Source: Crocinitomicaceae bacterium
GTDB taxonomy: Bacteria > Bacteroidota > Bacteroidia > Flavobacteriales_D > Crocinitomicaceae
Length of the DNA: 64,000 nucleotides
Direction: 5' to 3'
NCBI GenBank assembly: GCA_044361115.1
Contig: JBIKJH010000001.1
Location: 228,593 to 292,592, forward strand
This document shows positions 47,791-55,842 of the stretch, in pieces; the first letter of the stretch is position 1; each line of letters opens with the position of its first letter. Both the position numbers and the translations under genes were made by a program. The notes under the pieces were generated by a model. It was not told the origin of the DNA, did not search any database, and saw only the letters and a list, made by a program, of their open reading frames with translations.

Positions 47791-49893
47791 ATGAAGTTAA
47801 GTTGGTTTACGTTTGTCTTTTTATTAATTGGTCATCAACTCTATTGTCAAGAAAATTATACAATTTGGGTAACAAGTAAAAGTGATAATTTAGCGTCCAA
47901 TCGCCCAAAAGAATTCGATCATTATTCTTTGATAAAACTATCGAAAGCATTTCCATCCTCGAAAATGGCAAACTTGCAAAAGGTTTATGAACTTGAATTT
48001 TCAACGAATGCTCAGGCCCTTATTGATTCAATAAATAGTGGCGTTTACACCGATTTATATTATGCTGTTCAAGCGCCCGAACTAGCGCCGCTGTTTGTGC
48101 CCAATGATTATGCCTTGGTTAGTGGACCAAATTATGCGCTGGGATTGATAAATGCGTCGAGTGCTTGGGAGCTGACCCATGGTGACAGTTTAATTCGCAT
48201 TGGTATTTTGGATACTAATTATGATCTAAATCATGAGGATTTGCAAACTAAAATTGCTTTTATCGAACCTACGAACACCAATTCACAAACAGTTCATGGA
48301 ACGGCCGTTGCGATAACAGCTGCGGGAGGAACAAATAACAATGTTGGTATCAGTTCAATTGGTTTTAACACAAAAGTTGAATTGCGGTCAATGAATTATA
48401 ATCAGATTTTGGAGGCTTCGTATTCAGGCGCCAAGGTAATTAATTTAAGTTGGGCTTCTGGATGTGCATATAATCAATATTGCCAGGATATAATTGATGA
48501 GGCCTATTTCAATGGATCAATAATTGTTGCTGCGGCAGGAAACGGAAGCACATGTGGAGGAGCAACAAACTATGTTTATCCAGCAAGTTTTAATCATGTT
48601 TTTTCAGTAAGTAGTATTGGACCTTTGAATAATCATGAGCGAACCATCGGAATTCCGAGTACAACACATCAACACAATGATAGTGTAGATCTTTGTGCTC
48701 CTGGGTATGATGTATTATTGTCTACTGCAAACGGTGTTTACTTAACTGGGAATGGAACTTCCTTTGCGGCACCATTTGTATCTGGTACAATTGCGCTTAT
48801 GCTCGCGGTTAATCCATGTTTAAATTTTGAGCAAATCGATGAGATTTTTAAATTATCCTCTTTTGATTTGGATACCATTAATCCGAGTTATTCTGGCCTT
48901 TTGGGTCATGGCCGGTTGGATGCAGGTTTAGCTGTTTCGTTGGCGGCCAATTATTCAACCATTCCCTTTAACTACCACGAATCATTTAGTTGTTCAGATT
49001 CAAGCTATACTGTACTAATTGACAATGTAGGAGCTTCAAATTACGACGTTGTTTGGGAGGATGGAACTATTGGTAATACTTTAACAGCGGTTTCTGAAGG
49101 TTCACTAGTACGGGGGGAAATAATATCAACAGAAGGCTGCTTCTCAACATTCGAACTAAGTTTAGATTCAATTGCGCCCTTGGAAATTATAACTGAAAAA
49201 ACGGATGTTACGTGCTTTGGTCAAAACAGCGCTAGTATTTCTGCTGAACTGAACTCATCAGATATTGCCTATAGCTGGAGTAACGGAGAAACTGGATTAC
49301 ACTTGAATAATTTATATGCTGGAAACTATACTTTAACCGTTTACCGATATGAGGATTGTATCGATAGTATAGAATTTACAATTACACAACCTGAAGAAAT
49401 TGTAATTGACATTGCTATTGAACAAACTAGCCTAGCGGGTCCCATTACACTTCATTCAATTATCAATGGCGGTGTACCTGACTATACGTACAGCTGGAAT
49501 ACGGGTGAAACGGACAGCCTACTTCAAGGCGTTTTAGGAGGATTTTATGAACTTGAAGTGACTGATTTTAAGGGTTGTACAGATAGCAAAAATATATACG
49601 TCCCAGCTCATACATTTAACGTCCTGAATAGCCCAAATGCGAACAATTACGCTCTTATAGAGAATACTGTTGTAAATAACGAGTTGTATTATTATGACAA
49701 ACGCTTGTATTTCAGTTCACTTGACATAGAAGCGTATTCTTTGTACAATTCAATTGGTCAAAAAGTGCAAATCAACGTTGAGAAAAACGATAATTTCTTC
49801 GATTTATCTGGTCTAGTCAGTGGTAACTATTTCGTTTTTATATTCTTAAAGAATGGAAAGCAAATTTCAATGCCAATTCTTGTTTACGAATAA
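47791..49893 (+). CDS. S8 subtilisin-family peptidase with SprB repeats and a T9SS C-terminal domain
   Basis: Catalytic triad contexts GILDTN, HGTAVA and GTSFAAPFVSG. SprB-type repeats (TCFGQNSASI..YSWSNGETG..AGNYTLTV). A CTD at the end. Confidence 0.88.
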   Translation: MKLSWFTFVFLLIGHQLYCQENYTIWVTSKSDNLASNRPKEFDHYSLIKLSKAFPSSKMANLQKVYELEFSTNAQALIDSINSGVYTDLYYAVQAPELAPLFVPNDYALVSGPNYALGLINASSAWELTHGDSLIRIGILDTNYDLNHEDLQTKIAFIEPTNTNSQTVHGTAVAITAAGGTNNNVGISSIGFNTKVELRSMNYNQILEASYSGAKVINLSWASGCAYNQYCQDIIDEAYFNGSIIVAAAGNGSTCGGATNYVYPASFNHVFSVSSIGPLNNHERTIGIPSTTHQHNDSVDLCAPGYDVLLSTANGVYLTGNGTSFAAPFVSGTIALMLAVNPCLNFEQIDEIFKLSSFDLDTINPSYSGLLGHGRLDAGLAVSLAANYSTIPFNYHESFSCSDSSYTVLIDNVGASNYDVVWEDGTIGNTLTAVSEGSLVRGEIISTEGCFSTFELSLDSIAPLEIITEKTDVTCFGQNSASISAELNSSDIAYSWSNGETGLHLNNLYAGNYTLTVYRYEDCIDSIEFTITQPEEIVIDIAIEQTSLAGPITLHSIINGGVPDYTYSWNTGETDSLLQGVLGGFYELEVTDFKGCTDSKNIYVPAHTFNVLNSPNANNYALIENTVVNNELYYYDKRLYFSSLDIEAYSLYNSIGQKVQINVEKNDNFFDLSGLVSGNYFVFIFLKNGKQISMPILVYE

Positions 49894-49965
49894 CAATAAA
49901 AAATATTCAAGTCTTTATCTAATGGAATTCATTTCGGTGAAAAAGAGTGCAAATACTTTATGAAA

Positions 49966-49982
49966 TACCCAATGATTAGGTA
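49966..49982. promoter_or_regulatory. island palindrome (7-3-7 variant) heading unit C
   Basis: TACCCAA-TGA-TTAGGTA. Confidence 0.45.
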
Positions 49983-50096
49983 GATCAATACTTTGCTTTT
50001 TAAGCTAACTTTATATGAGGGACTTATGGTTTCAGTTCCCTTTTATGTTTTTCAATAACAGGTGTTGAAGATTTCAATGCCTGTTATTCTTTTTCT
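49983..50096 (+). ncRNA. candidate small RNA, unit C
   Basis: About 110 nt whose only ORF is a 17-codon one not conserved in the other units. It ends in aataacagg-N17-cctgttatt followed by cttttt (50054-50096). Confidence 0.4.
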
Positions 50097-50203
50097 GTAA
50101 GCCACCACATCTGCTAAGAAATGTTTATAAAGTCTTTTTCCATTTCGTAAACACAACTCATATTTTCCTTTAACAGCGTGAAATTGGGCTATTATTACCA
50201 AAA

Positions 50204-51136
50204 TTACGAAAGGTGTAATTCAACCATTTTCATATAGAATTTTAGGCATTCTTTAATATGAATAAGAATCATATATTCATTGTTTATTGGTTGGATAGTG
50301 ATCGTGAAGTTTTCATAATTGATGTATTTACTAGATGTAGATTTTAGACCCGGTAGGGATAAGGTTGAAAAGAAATCTTTGTACAACTTGTTGATTTCGA
50401 TGCTATTTAATGGGCTCGACACAATAGCAGTAATAAAAACTCCACTGCATCTATCCAGGTACATACAATTTGTAAAATGATCAATTTGATAAGAAAACTC
50501 GTGTTTTCTTTTTGAAACAGCTTTTAAACGATAGAATACTTCCCTTAGTTCATTTAACACAATATTCTCAGCTGCTCTTGTATCGAATGCATCATTTTTG
50601 GTTTCCACTTGTGGATAAAATGTAGAAAAGTATTCTTTACCAACTACCACTTTCATGGAATTGATTTTCACAAGTGATTCAGCCAATGGACTAAAAAGAA
50701 AATGCCCGGATCCAGCAATTGGATAAGGTAATGTTACTTTAGAAAATTGGTTATTTTGACTAGCTTGGTGATTTTGAAGGTTGTAATCATACCATGATGC
50801 AAATGTAAAAGCCCTACTCATGTCAATTATTTTAATTTGTTTGTCTCTTGAATCGATTGTTGCAAAGTTTTTGCGGACTGAATCTGGATTAGCACATACC
50901 AAGAGTGTATCCAATTTTTCAAAATTAAATTTGGATCTAAATTTGAAATTTCGATCGACTTGGTCTTTTTCTCTAACATCTTTTTCAAAAAAATCCTTTT
51001 CTAATGCTCTTTTGTCAATTTGTTGATCGATTACACATTGAATGGTATCAAGATTTTTTATGCGTAATAAGGAATTGAATAATTTTTTCGATTGCTGATT
51101 CTTGGATAAGAATAAGCCTACTTTTCTGCGTGGCAT
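50204..51136 (-). CDS. hypothetical protein; possible degenerate ArgC-like (N-acetyl-gamma-glutamyl-phosphate reductase fold) pseudoenzyme
   Basis: It looks collinear with ArgC landmarks recalled from memory: LLVCANPDS / IKIIDMSRAF (cf. iDLSaDfR), LPYPIAGSGHFLFSPLAE (cf. NPGCYpT..L.L.PL), and SGVFITAIV (cf. RGI.aT). The GxxGxxG motif and the catalytic Cys are missing. Confidence 0.6.
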   Translation of the reverse strand: MPRRKVGLFLSKNQQSKKLFNSLLRIKNLDTIQCVIDQQIDKRALEKDFFEKDVREKDQVDRNFKFRSKFNFEKLDTLLVCANPDSVRKNFATIDSRDKQIKIIDMSRAFTFASWYDYNLQNHQASQNNQFSKVTLPYPIAGSGHFLFSPLAESLVKINSMKVVVGKEYFSTFYPQVETKNDAFDTRAAENIVLNELREVFYRLKAVSKRKHEFSYQIDHFTNCMYLDRCSGVFITAIVSSPLNSIEINKLYKDFFSTLSLPGLKSTSSKYINYENFTITIQPINNEYMILIHIKECLKFYMKMVELHLS

Positions 51137-51200
51137 GTATTGATTTTTTTAGTGTACTAATTTCAACCTCAAAAATCCTTTTATTTGCTTAATCCATGTA

Positions 51201-51216
51201 TACCTACTTGTAGGAA
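51201..51216. promoter_or_regulatory. island 7-2-7 palindrome upstream of the ArgC-like gene
   Basis: TACCTAC-TT-GTAGGAA, ~65 nt upstream of the ATG at 51136. Confidence 0.5.
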
Positions 51217-51312
51217 GATTCTAACTAATTTGAAAAAATCTACATTCTTGAGTTGATCTAGCAAATAAAAGAATGAACAACTGAAGTAATTAAGCGAAAG
51301 TATCTTTACCGA

Positions 51313-51461
51313 ATAAAAAAGTCTCTGAACATTAACTATCCAGAGACTTTGCCGAAAATTAACTGATTCGTCAGTATGCCTTACCTAAACTTAACAATTG
51401 TAATTACGAACCATTCATAATTAATTGGTTCAAACTTCATGTTATTTGAGTTATTTGAGAC
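51313..51461 (-). ncRNA. candidate small RNA, unit D
   Basis: Downstream (minus strand) of the palindrome at 51462-51477. It ends in agtctctg-N13-cagagact followed by TTTTTTATT on the minus strand (51313-51348). The only ORF is a 19-codon one. Confidence 0.45.
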
Positions 51462-51477
51462 CTACCTATTTATAGGG
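51462..51477. promoter_or_regulatory. island 7-2-7 palindrome heading unit D
   Basis: TACCTAT-TT-ATAGGGA. Confidence 0.5.
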
Positions 51478-51561
51478 AATTTTAAAAATAAGGATCTGAC
51501 TATCTGCTCAGACACTACAATAATCCGAGCACCAGGATAGAATTCTAAGCATAAAAATAGA

Positions 51562-52209
51562 TCATGAAATCTTTCTCCAAAACGTCAATGTTTCCCCAAA
51601 AGCACTTTTTACCAATTCAAATGAAGGTGGAAATTGTGTTTTTGATGTCCAATATGAAGCGATTCTGGTGCCAACACTTAGCGAATCAAACTGTTTGTAG
51701 ACATAAGCGCTATAGGTTTCGTACTCTTTTAATCCTTCTTTCAACGCTTTATCCATTTGCGCAGTTGGGTCTTTTGACTCAAGAAAAGGGTTAAAAATAT
51801 AGAATGCGTTGTAATTCGAAAAATCAATGTTTAGAATGTCATCAGCAATGAATTCACAATTGTGTAAACCAAAACGTTTTGCACAATCATTGCCAATTTC
51901 AACGTGATATGTACGATGTTCAACACCTGTAAAATTTGCGTTGGATATTGCCGAAGCCACCAAACAAAATTTACCCGTTCCAGAACCAATATCCAAAATA
52001 GTTTTAGCGCCTTCTTCTGTTAAAAAAGCTGCTGCTTGTTGAGCAATGAAAACCGAAGTAAAATGGCGATTGGAATGTTCGCGAACATCTTCAGGAAAAA
52101 TCAAATCAAATTCTTCGTCGAAAACGGCAACTTTATTCTTTAGCTTACAAAAAACATCCATTCTTTCAGATTTTGAGTGCAAAGGTACGTTTTCGCAAAA
52201 TAATGGCAC
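51562..52209 (-). CDS. class I SAM-dependent methyltransferase
   Basis: Motif I ILDIGSGTGKFCL. Confidence 0.75.
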   Translation of the reverse strand: MPLFCENVPLHSKSERMDVFCKLKNKVAVFDEEFDLIFPEDVREHSNRHFTSVFIAQQAAAFLTEEGAKTILDIGSGTGKFCLVASAISNANFTGVEHRTYHVEIGNDCAKRFGLHNCEFIADDILNIDFSNYNAFYIFNPFLESKDPTAQMDKALKEGLKEYETYSAYVYKQFDSLSVGTRIASYWTSKTQFPPSFELVKSAFGETLTFWRKIS

Positions 52210-52255
52210 AAAAAAAGCGATTCAATCGAACCGCTTTCCTTCTAACTGATAACTG

Positions 52256-52561
52256 TTATCTGATTTTAGATTGCAATGAATGCCATCCTCCGCCATTGTG
52301 TGCATCAAAACCTTTCGATTTCAATATTCCTTTTGCCGAAGCACTTCTCATTCCAGATGCACAGCATGTAATGATTGTTTTATCCTTTTTCAATTTGCCT
52401 AAACTTCCGTCTAATGCTTGTAAGGGGATGTTGATAGAACCTTTGATATGTCCACCTTGGTATTCTGCTGGTGAGCGAACGTCAACAATTACCGCTCCTT
52501 GTTTTACTAACTCTTTTAAGTCCACTTTTGGCCCTCCGAATAATTTGTCTAAAAATCCCAT
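52256..52561 (-). CDS. rhodanese-like domain protein
   Basis: VIVDVRSPAEYQGGHIKGSINIP and the active-site loop CCASGMRS. Confidence 0.88.
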   Translation of the reverse strand: MGFLDKLFGGPKVDLKELVKQGAVIVDVRSPAEYQGGHIKGSINIPLQALDGSLGKLKKDKTIITCCASGMRSASAKGILKSKGFDAHNGGGWHSLQSKIR

Positions 52562-52565
52562 CTTC

Positions 52566-52829
52566 TTATTTGCTTAAATTATAATTCACATCCAACCACG
52601 AACCGCCATTTTCACATTCGTATCCTGCTTGTTTAAAATAGTGTGTTGCTTGTCCACTTCTATTTCCACTTGCGCAACAAAAAATGATTGGCTGCTTCAA
52701 TGCTTTTAATTCTTCTTCTCTTTCAACAATTTCTTGTAAAGGGATGTTGATTGAACCTGCAACATTTCCTCCCATAAATTCTGCTCTTGAACGTACGTCT
52801 ACTACTGTAAAGTCTTTGTTTTCCATCAT
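52566..52829 (-). CDS. rhodanese-like domain protein
   Basis: VVDVRSRAEFMGGNVAGSINIP and CCASGNRS. Confidence 0.88.
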   Translation of the reverse strand: MMENKDFTVVDVRSRAEFMGGNVAGSINIPLQEIVEREEELKALKQPIIFCCASGNRSGQATHYFKQAGYECENGGSWLDVNYNLSK

Positions 52830-53035
52830 TTTGATTTTTTTTGAATTTCTGATTCGATCATATTAAACAACAATCCACCCATGAAAATACCGTAAAGTGT
52901 GCTGTTGATTGGACTTGAAGTAATAGCACAAGAACCAGAGGAACAGCCAACGAAATAGTAATAACTATAACCTCCAATTGACCCGAGAATTGCTCCCACA
53001 ATTGTTAGTTTGTATTTTTTAAGTTTACTCGTCAT
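52826..53035 (-). CDS. small membrane protein with a CSSGSC motif, translationally coupled to the rhodanese genes
   Basis: Two TM helices. 4-nt overlap with the downstream rhodanese gene. Confidence 0.6.
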   Translation of the reverse strand: MTSKLKKYKLTIVGAILGSIGGYSYYYFVGCSSGSCAITSSPINSTLYGIFMGGLLFNMIESEIQKKSK

Positions 53036-53121
53036 TTAATTATTATTTCCACAAAGGTAAATCGACACATTCGAACAGAATGTATCAAAAGTTACAAACC
53101 CAAAAATTGATGAACTTATTT

Positions 53122-53805
53122 TTAAACCGCGGTTTGAAAAAATTGCCACAAGCTCTCTTCTGGAACTGGCGCAGTGATTGAAATTAGTTCTTTGCTTGTA
53201 GGATGTGTAAAGGTCAATGATCGAGCGTGCAAGCCTACCGATCCATCAGGATTTGATCGTCGCGCACCATATTTCACATCGCCTTTTATGATGCAACCAA
53301 TTGTAGACAATTGCACGCGAATCTGGTGATGTCTACCCGTTTCCAATCGAACTTCTAACAGGTGGTATTTATCTGAAGAAGCAATTAAGGTATACTGCAA
53401 AACGGCTCTTTTAGAACCTGGAGTTTCCGTTAAAGAGGCATAGGATTTATTCTGCTTCTCATTCTTTTTTAAGTAATGAGTTAATGTTGCAGAAGACTTT
53501 TCTGGCATGGATTCAACGATTGCCCAATACACTTTATTGGTTTCTTTGTCTCTAAATTGAGCATTCAATCGCTCCAAAGCCTTGCTGGTACGAGCAAAAA
53601 CTACTGCGCCACTGGTTGGACGATCCAAACGGTGAACAACCCCACAAAAAACATTTCCTGGTTTCTGGTACTTTTCTTTTAAATATGCTTTGATTGTGTC
53701 AGGCATTGTTTCATCACCCGTTTTATCGCCTTGAACAATGTCAGATGCTTTCTTGTTGACAACAATAAGGTGATTGTCTTCGTATAAAATGGTTAATTCA
53801 TTCAC
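53122..53805 (-). CDS. RluA-family pseudouridine synthase
   Basis: Catalytic motif VHRLDRPTSGAVVFA. Confidence 0.88.
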   Translation of the reverse strand: MNELTILYEDNHLIVVNKKASDIVQGDKTGDETMPDTIKAYLKEKYQKPGNVFCGVVHRLDRPTSGAVVFARTSKALERLNAQFRDKETNKVYWAIVESMPEKSSATLTHYLKKNEKQNKSYASLTETPGSKRAVLQYTLIASSDKYHLLEVRLETGRHHQIRVQLSTIGCIIKGDVKYGARRSNPDGSVGLHARSLTFTHPTSKELISITAPVPEESLWQFFQTAV

Positions 53806-53819
53806 AATCTAAAGAATTT

Positions 53820-53868
53820 GTGATTCGTGATTCGTGATTTGTGATTCGTGATTTGTGATTTGTGATTC
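53820..53868. repeat. GTGATTY heptamer tandem array (7 units)
   Basis: gtgattc gtgattc gtgattt gtgattc gtgattt gtgattt gtgattc, between the panB stop and the rluA-like start. Confidence 0.9.
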
Positions 53869-53885
53869 AAATCTTCAATTTTGAA

Positions 53886-54701
53886 TTAATATTGCTCTTT
53901 CTCATTTGGAAAATCTCCTGACTTCACATCCTTAATGTACTCTTGAAATGAACCCATCATTTGCTCGTACAAATTATTGTATTTACGCAAGAATCGTGGA
54001 CTAAACTCATTGTTGATTCCCAACATGTCGTGAACAACTAAAACCTGACCATCAACGCCATTTCCAGCACCAATACCAATGATAGGAATAGAAACTGTTT
54101 TAGCAACTAATTCAGCTAATTGGGCAGGAATTTTTTCCAAAACAATCGCAAAACAACCAGCTTCCTCTAAAGCTTTCGCATCTTCAATTAAGCGTTGTGC
54201 CTCTTGTTCTTCTTTCGCTCGAACAACATACGTTCCAAACTTATAGATTGATTGAGGTGTTAATCCAAGGTGCCCCATTACCGGAATTCCAGCAGTTAAA
54301 ATACGTTTAATCGATTCCAAAATCTCAATTCCACCTTCCATTTTTACAGCGTGTCCACCCGATTCTTTCATGATTTTAATCGCACTCGACAAGGCTTCTT
54401 TCGAATTTCCTTGGTAGGATCCAAATGGCATGTCAACAACAACTAAGGCCCTATTTACAGCTCTTACAACAGATGATGCATGATAGATCATTTGATCCAA
54501 GGTAATCGGTAAAGTCGTTTCGTGACCCGCCATTACATTCGAAGCAGAATCTCCAACCAAAATCACATCAATTCCCGCTTCATCAATGATACGCGCCATT
54601 GAAAAATCATACCCTGTTAACATAGAGATTTTTTCTCCACTGTTTTTCATTTCTTGTAAGGTGTGGGTCGTTACCTTCTTAACATTTTTGTGAACAGACA
54701 T
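53886..54701 (-). CDS. panB: 3-methyl-2-oxobutanoate hydroxymethyltransferase
   Basis: [27 protein letters not shown], and the conserved GHLGLTPQS. Confidence 0.93.
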   Translation of the reverse strand: MSVHKNVKKVTTHTLQEMKNSGEKISMLTGYDFSMARIIDEAGIDVILVGDSASNVMAGHETTLPITLDQMIYHASSVVRAVNRALVVVDMPFGSYQGNSKEALSSAIKIMKESGGHAVKMEGGIEILESIKRILTAGIPVMGHLGLTPQSIYKFGTYVVRAKEEQEAQRLIEDAKALEEAGCFAIVLEKIPAQLAELVAKTVSIPIIGIGAGNGVDGQVLVVHDMLGINNEFSPRFLRKYNNLYEQMMGSFQEYIKDVKSGDFPNEKEQY

Positions 54702-54752
54702 ACGTTCTAATATTTACAGTAAAAGTAGAAAAAACTTAGCGAACCGAACCTT

Positions 54753-54808
54753 TAGATTCGTGATTCGTAATTCATGATTCGTGATTCGTGATTCGTGATT
54801 CATGATTA
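54753..54808. repeat. GTGATTY-family heptamer tandem array (8 units)
   Basis: tagattc gtgattc gtaattc atgattc gtgattc gtgattc gtgattc atgatta, upstream of panB. Confidence 0.9.
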
Positions 54809-54871
54809 GCCTCGCTTGGGCCTTCGGCAGTAATGATTTATAATTATCAATCGTTCATTCTAACTTTTCAA

Positions 54872-55840
54872 TTATTTATTGATTTCCTTTCCGATATGAA
54901 AAATCGCATCACCTTTGTATACCACAGGTGATTCATTTAAGCAAATTATATACCCTTTTGACGCTGCTTTCACCTTGCGTTCAATTTTTCCATAAGGATC
55001 TGTTACTATTCCGATGACATCACCTTTTTCGACTTTAGCGCCATTCGTTACTGTTGCTTGGAACATTCCAGAATTTGGTGAGCGCATCCATTTGCTTTCA
55101 CTCAGGAAAATAGGATTTCGATCTTTTGAAATATCTATTTTAAATGAGCGCATACCTAGGTGACTCAACATGCGTTTAACGCCATTCAAACCTTCTTCTA
55201 CAATCATTTCTTCGATAGAATTGGCTTTACCACCTTCAAATAAAAGCATTTTCTTCCCTTTTTTTGTAATGGATTCTCGGATTGTTTTCGGAATATAGGA
55301 AGAATTCAAAACGAAAGGTGGATTAAAAATCTTTGCTAATTCAACGCTATCGACATCTGACATGACACATCGAATTTGCGGAAAATTGTTTCGCTGAGCT
55401 GCCCCGGTATGAAAATCTAAAACATAATCCACATGTGGTGCTATTTCTTTCATGAAGTGGTAAGCAAACTGAGCTGCCAACGAACCCGATTCGCTACCAG
55501 GGAAACTGCGGTTCAAATCGCGACCATCCGGTAAATCTCGTTTTAAGTTGAGAAAACCAAAAATATTGAAGACAGGAAGACAAATAATTGTTCCAACTTG
55601 TGGTTTATTGAATCCTTTACGAATCACACGCCGAATAATTTCAATACCGTTTATTTCATCACCGTGTAAACCTGCCATCAACAGAACCGTTGGTCCATCC
55701 ACCTTAGCGCGTTCAACAATTACTGGTACTAAAATCGGAGTTGTAGTATGCAATTTCGCTACATCAAGGTTTAATTGCGCACCTTTACCTGGAAGAATTT
55801 CTTTCCCTAAAATGACAAATTTCTTGTGTTTCTCTTGCAT
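54872..55840 (-). CDS. succinylglutamate desuccinylase/aspartoacylase-family zinc hydrolase
   Basis: LLMAGLHGDEINGIEI (H..E zinc motif). It is a typical rimK neighbour. Confidence 0.82.
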   Translation of the reverse strand: MQEKHKKFVILGKEILPGKGAQLNLDVAKLHTTTPILVPVIVERAKVDGPTVLLMAGLHGDEINGIEIIRRVIRKGFNKPQVGTIICLPVFNIFGFLNLKRDLPDGRDLNRSFPGSESGSLAAQFAYHFMKEIAPHVDYVLDFHTGAAQRNNFPQIRCVMSDVDSVELAKIFNPPFVLNSSYIPKTIRESITKKGKKMLLFEGGKANSIEEMIVEEGLNGVKRMLSHLGMRSFKIDISKDRNPIFLSESKWMRSPNSGMFQATVTNGAKVEKGDVIGIVTDPYGKIERKVKAASKGYIICLNESPVVYKGDAIFHIGKEINK

Positions 55841-55842
55841 AC

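Larger units (their letters stand above)
30008..51560. mobile_element. putative degraded genomic island inserted at tRNA-Lys
   Basis: An integrase remnant sits directly 3' of the tRNA. The content is accessory, with paralogous genes and gene fragments. A private regulatory palindrome is confined to this interval. I did not identify the right border or an attR repeat. Confidence 0.45.

Noticed and set aside
33373-51461. Small-peptide genes (for example bacteriocin precursors) inside units A-D
   Set aside because: The internal ORFs are 3-19 codons (for example MKFEPINYEWFVITIVKFR in unit D and MRDLWFQFPFMFFNNRC in unit C). They share no sequence, length or position between units, so non-coding RNA is the simpler reading. 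Translation is not excluded.
45000-51560. attR: a direct repeat of the tRNA-Lys 3' end that would delimit the island
   Set aside because: I looked by eye for ggttcgaatcccagcgggatca-like sequence near the right end and found none. The right boundary (~51.5 kb) is inferred only from gene content and the last palindrome.
53820-54808. CRISPR array, suggested by regularly spaced short repeats here and at 36727, 27807 and 60461
   Set aside because: The units are 7-9 bp, directly tandem and have no spacers. There are no cas genes in the window. These are micro- or minisatellite-type arrays.
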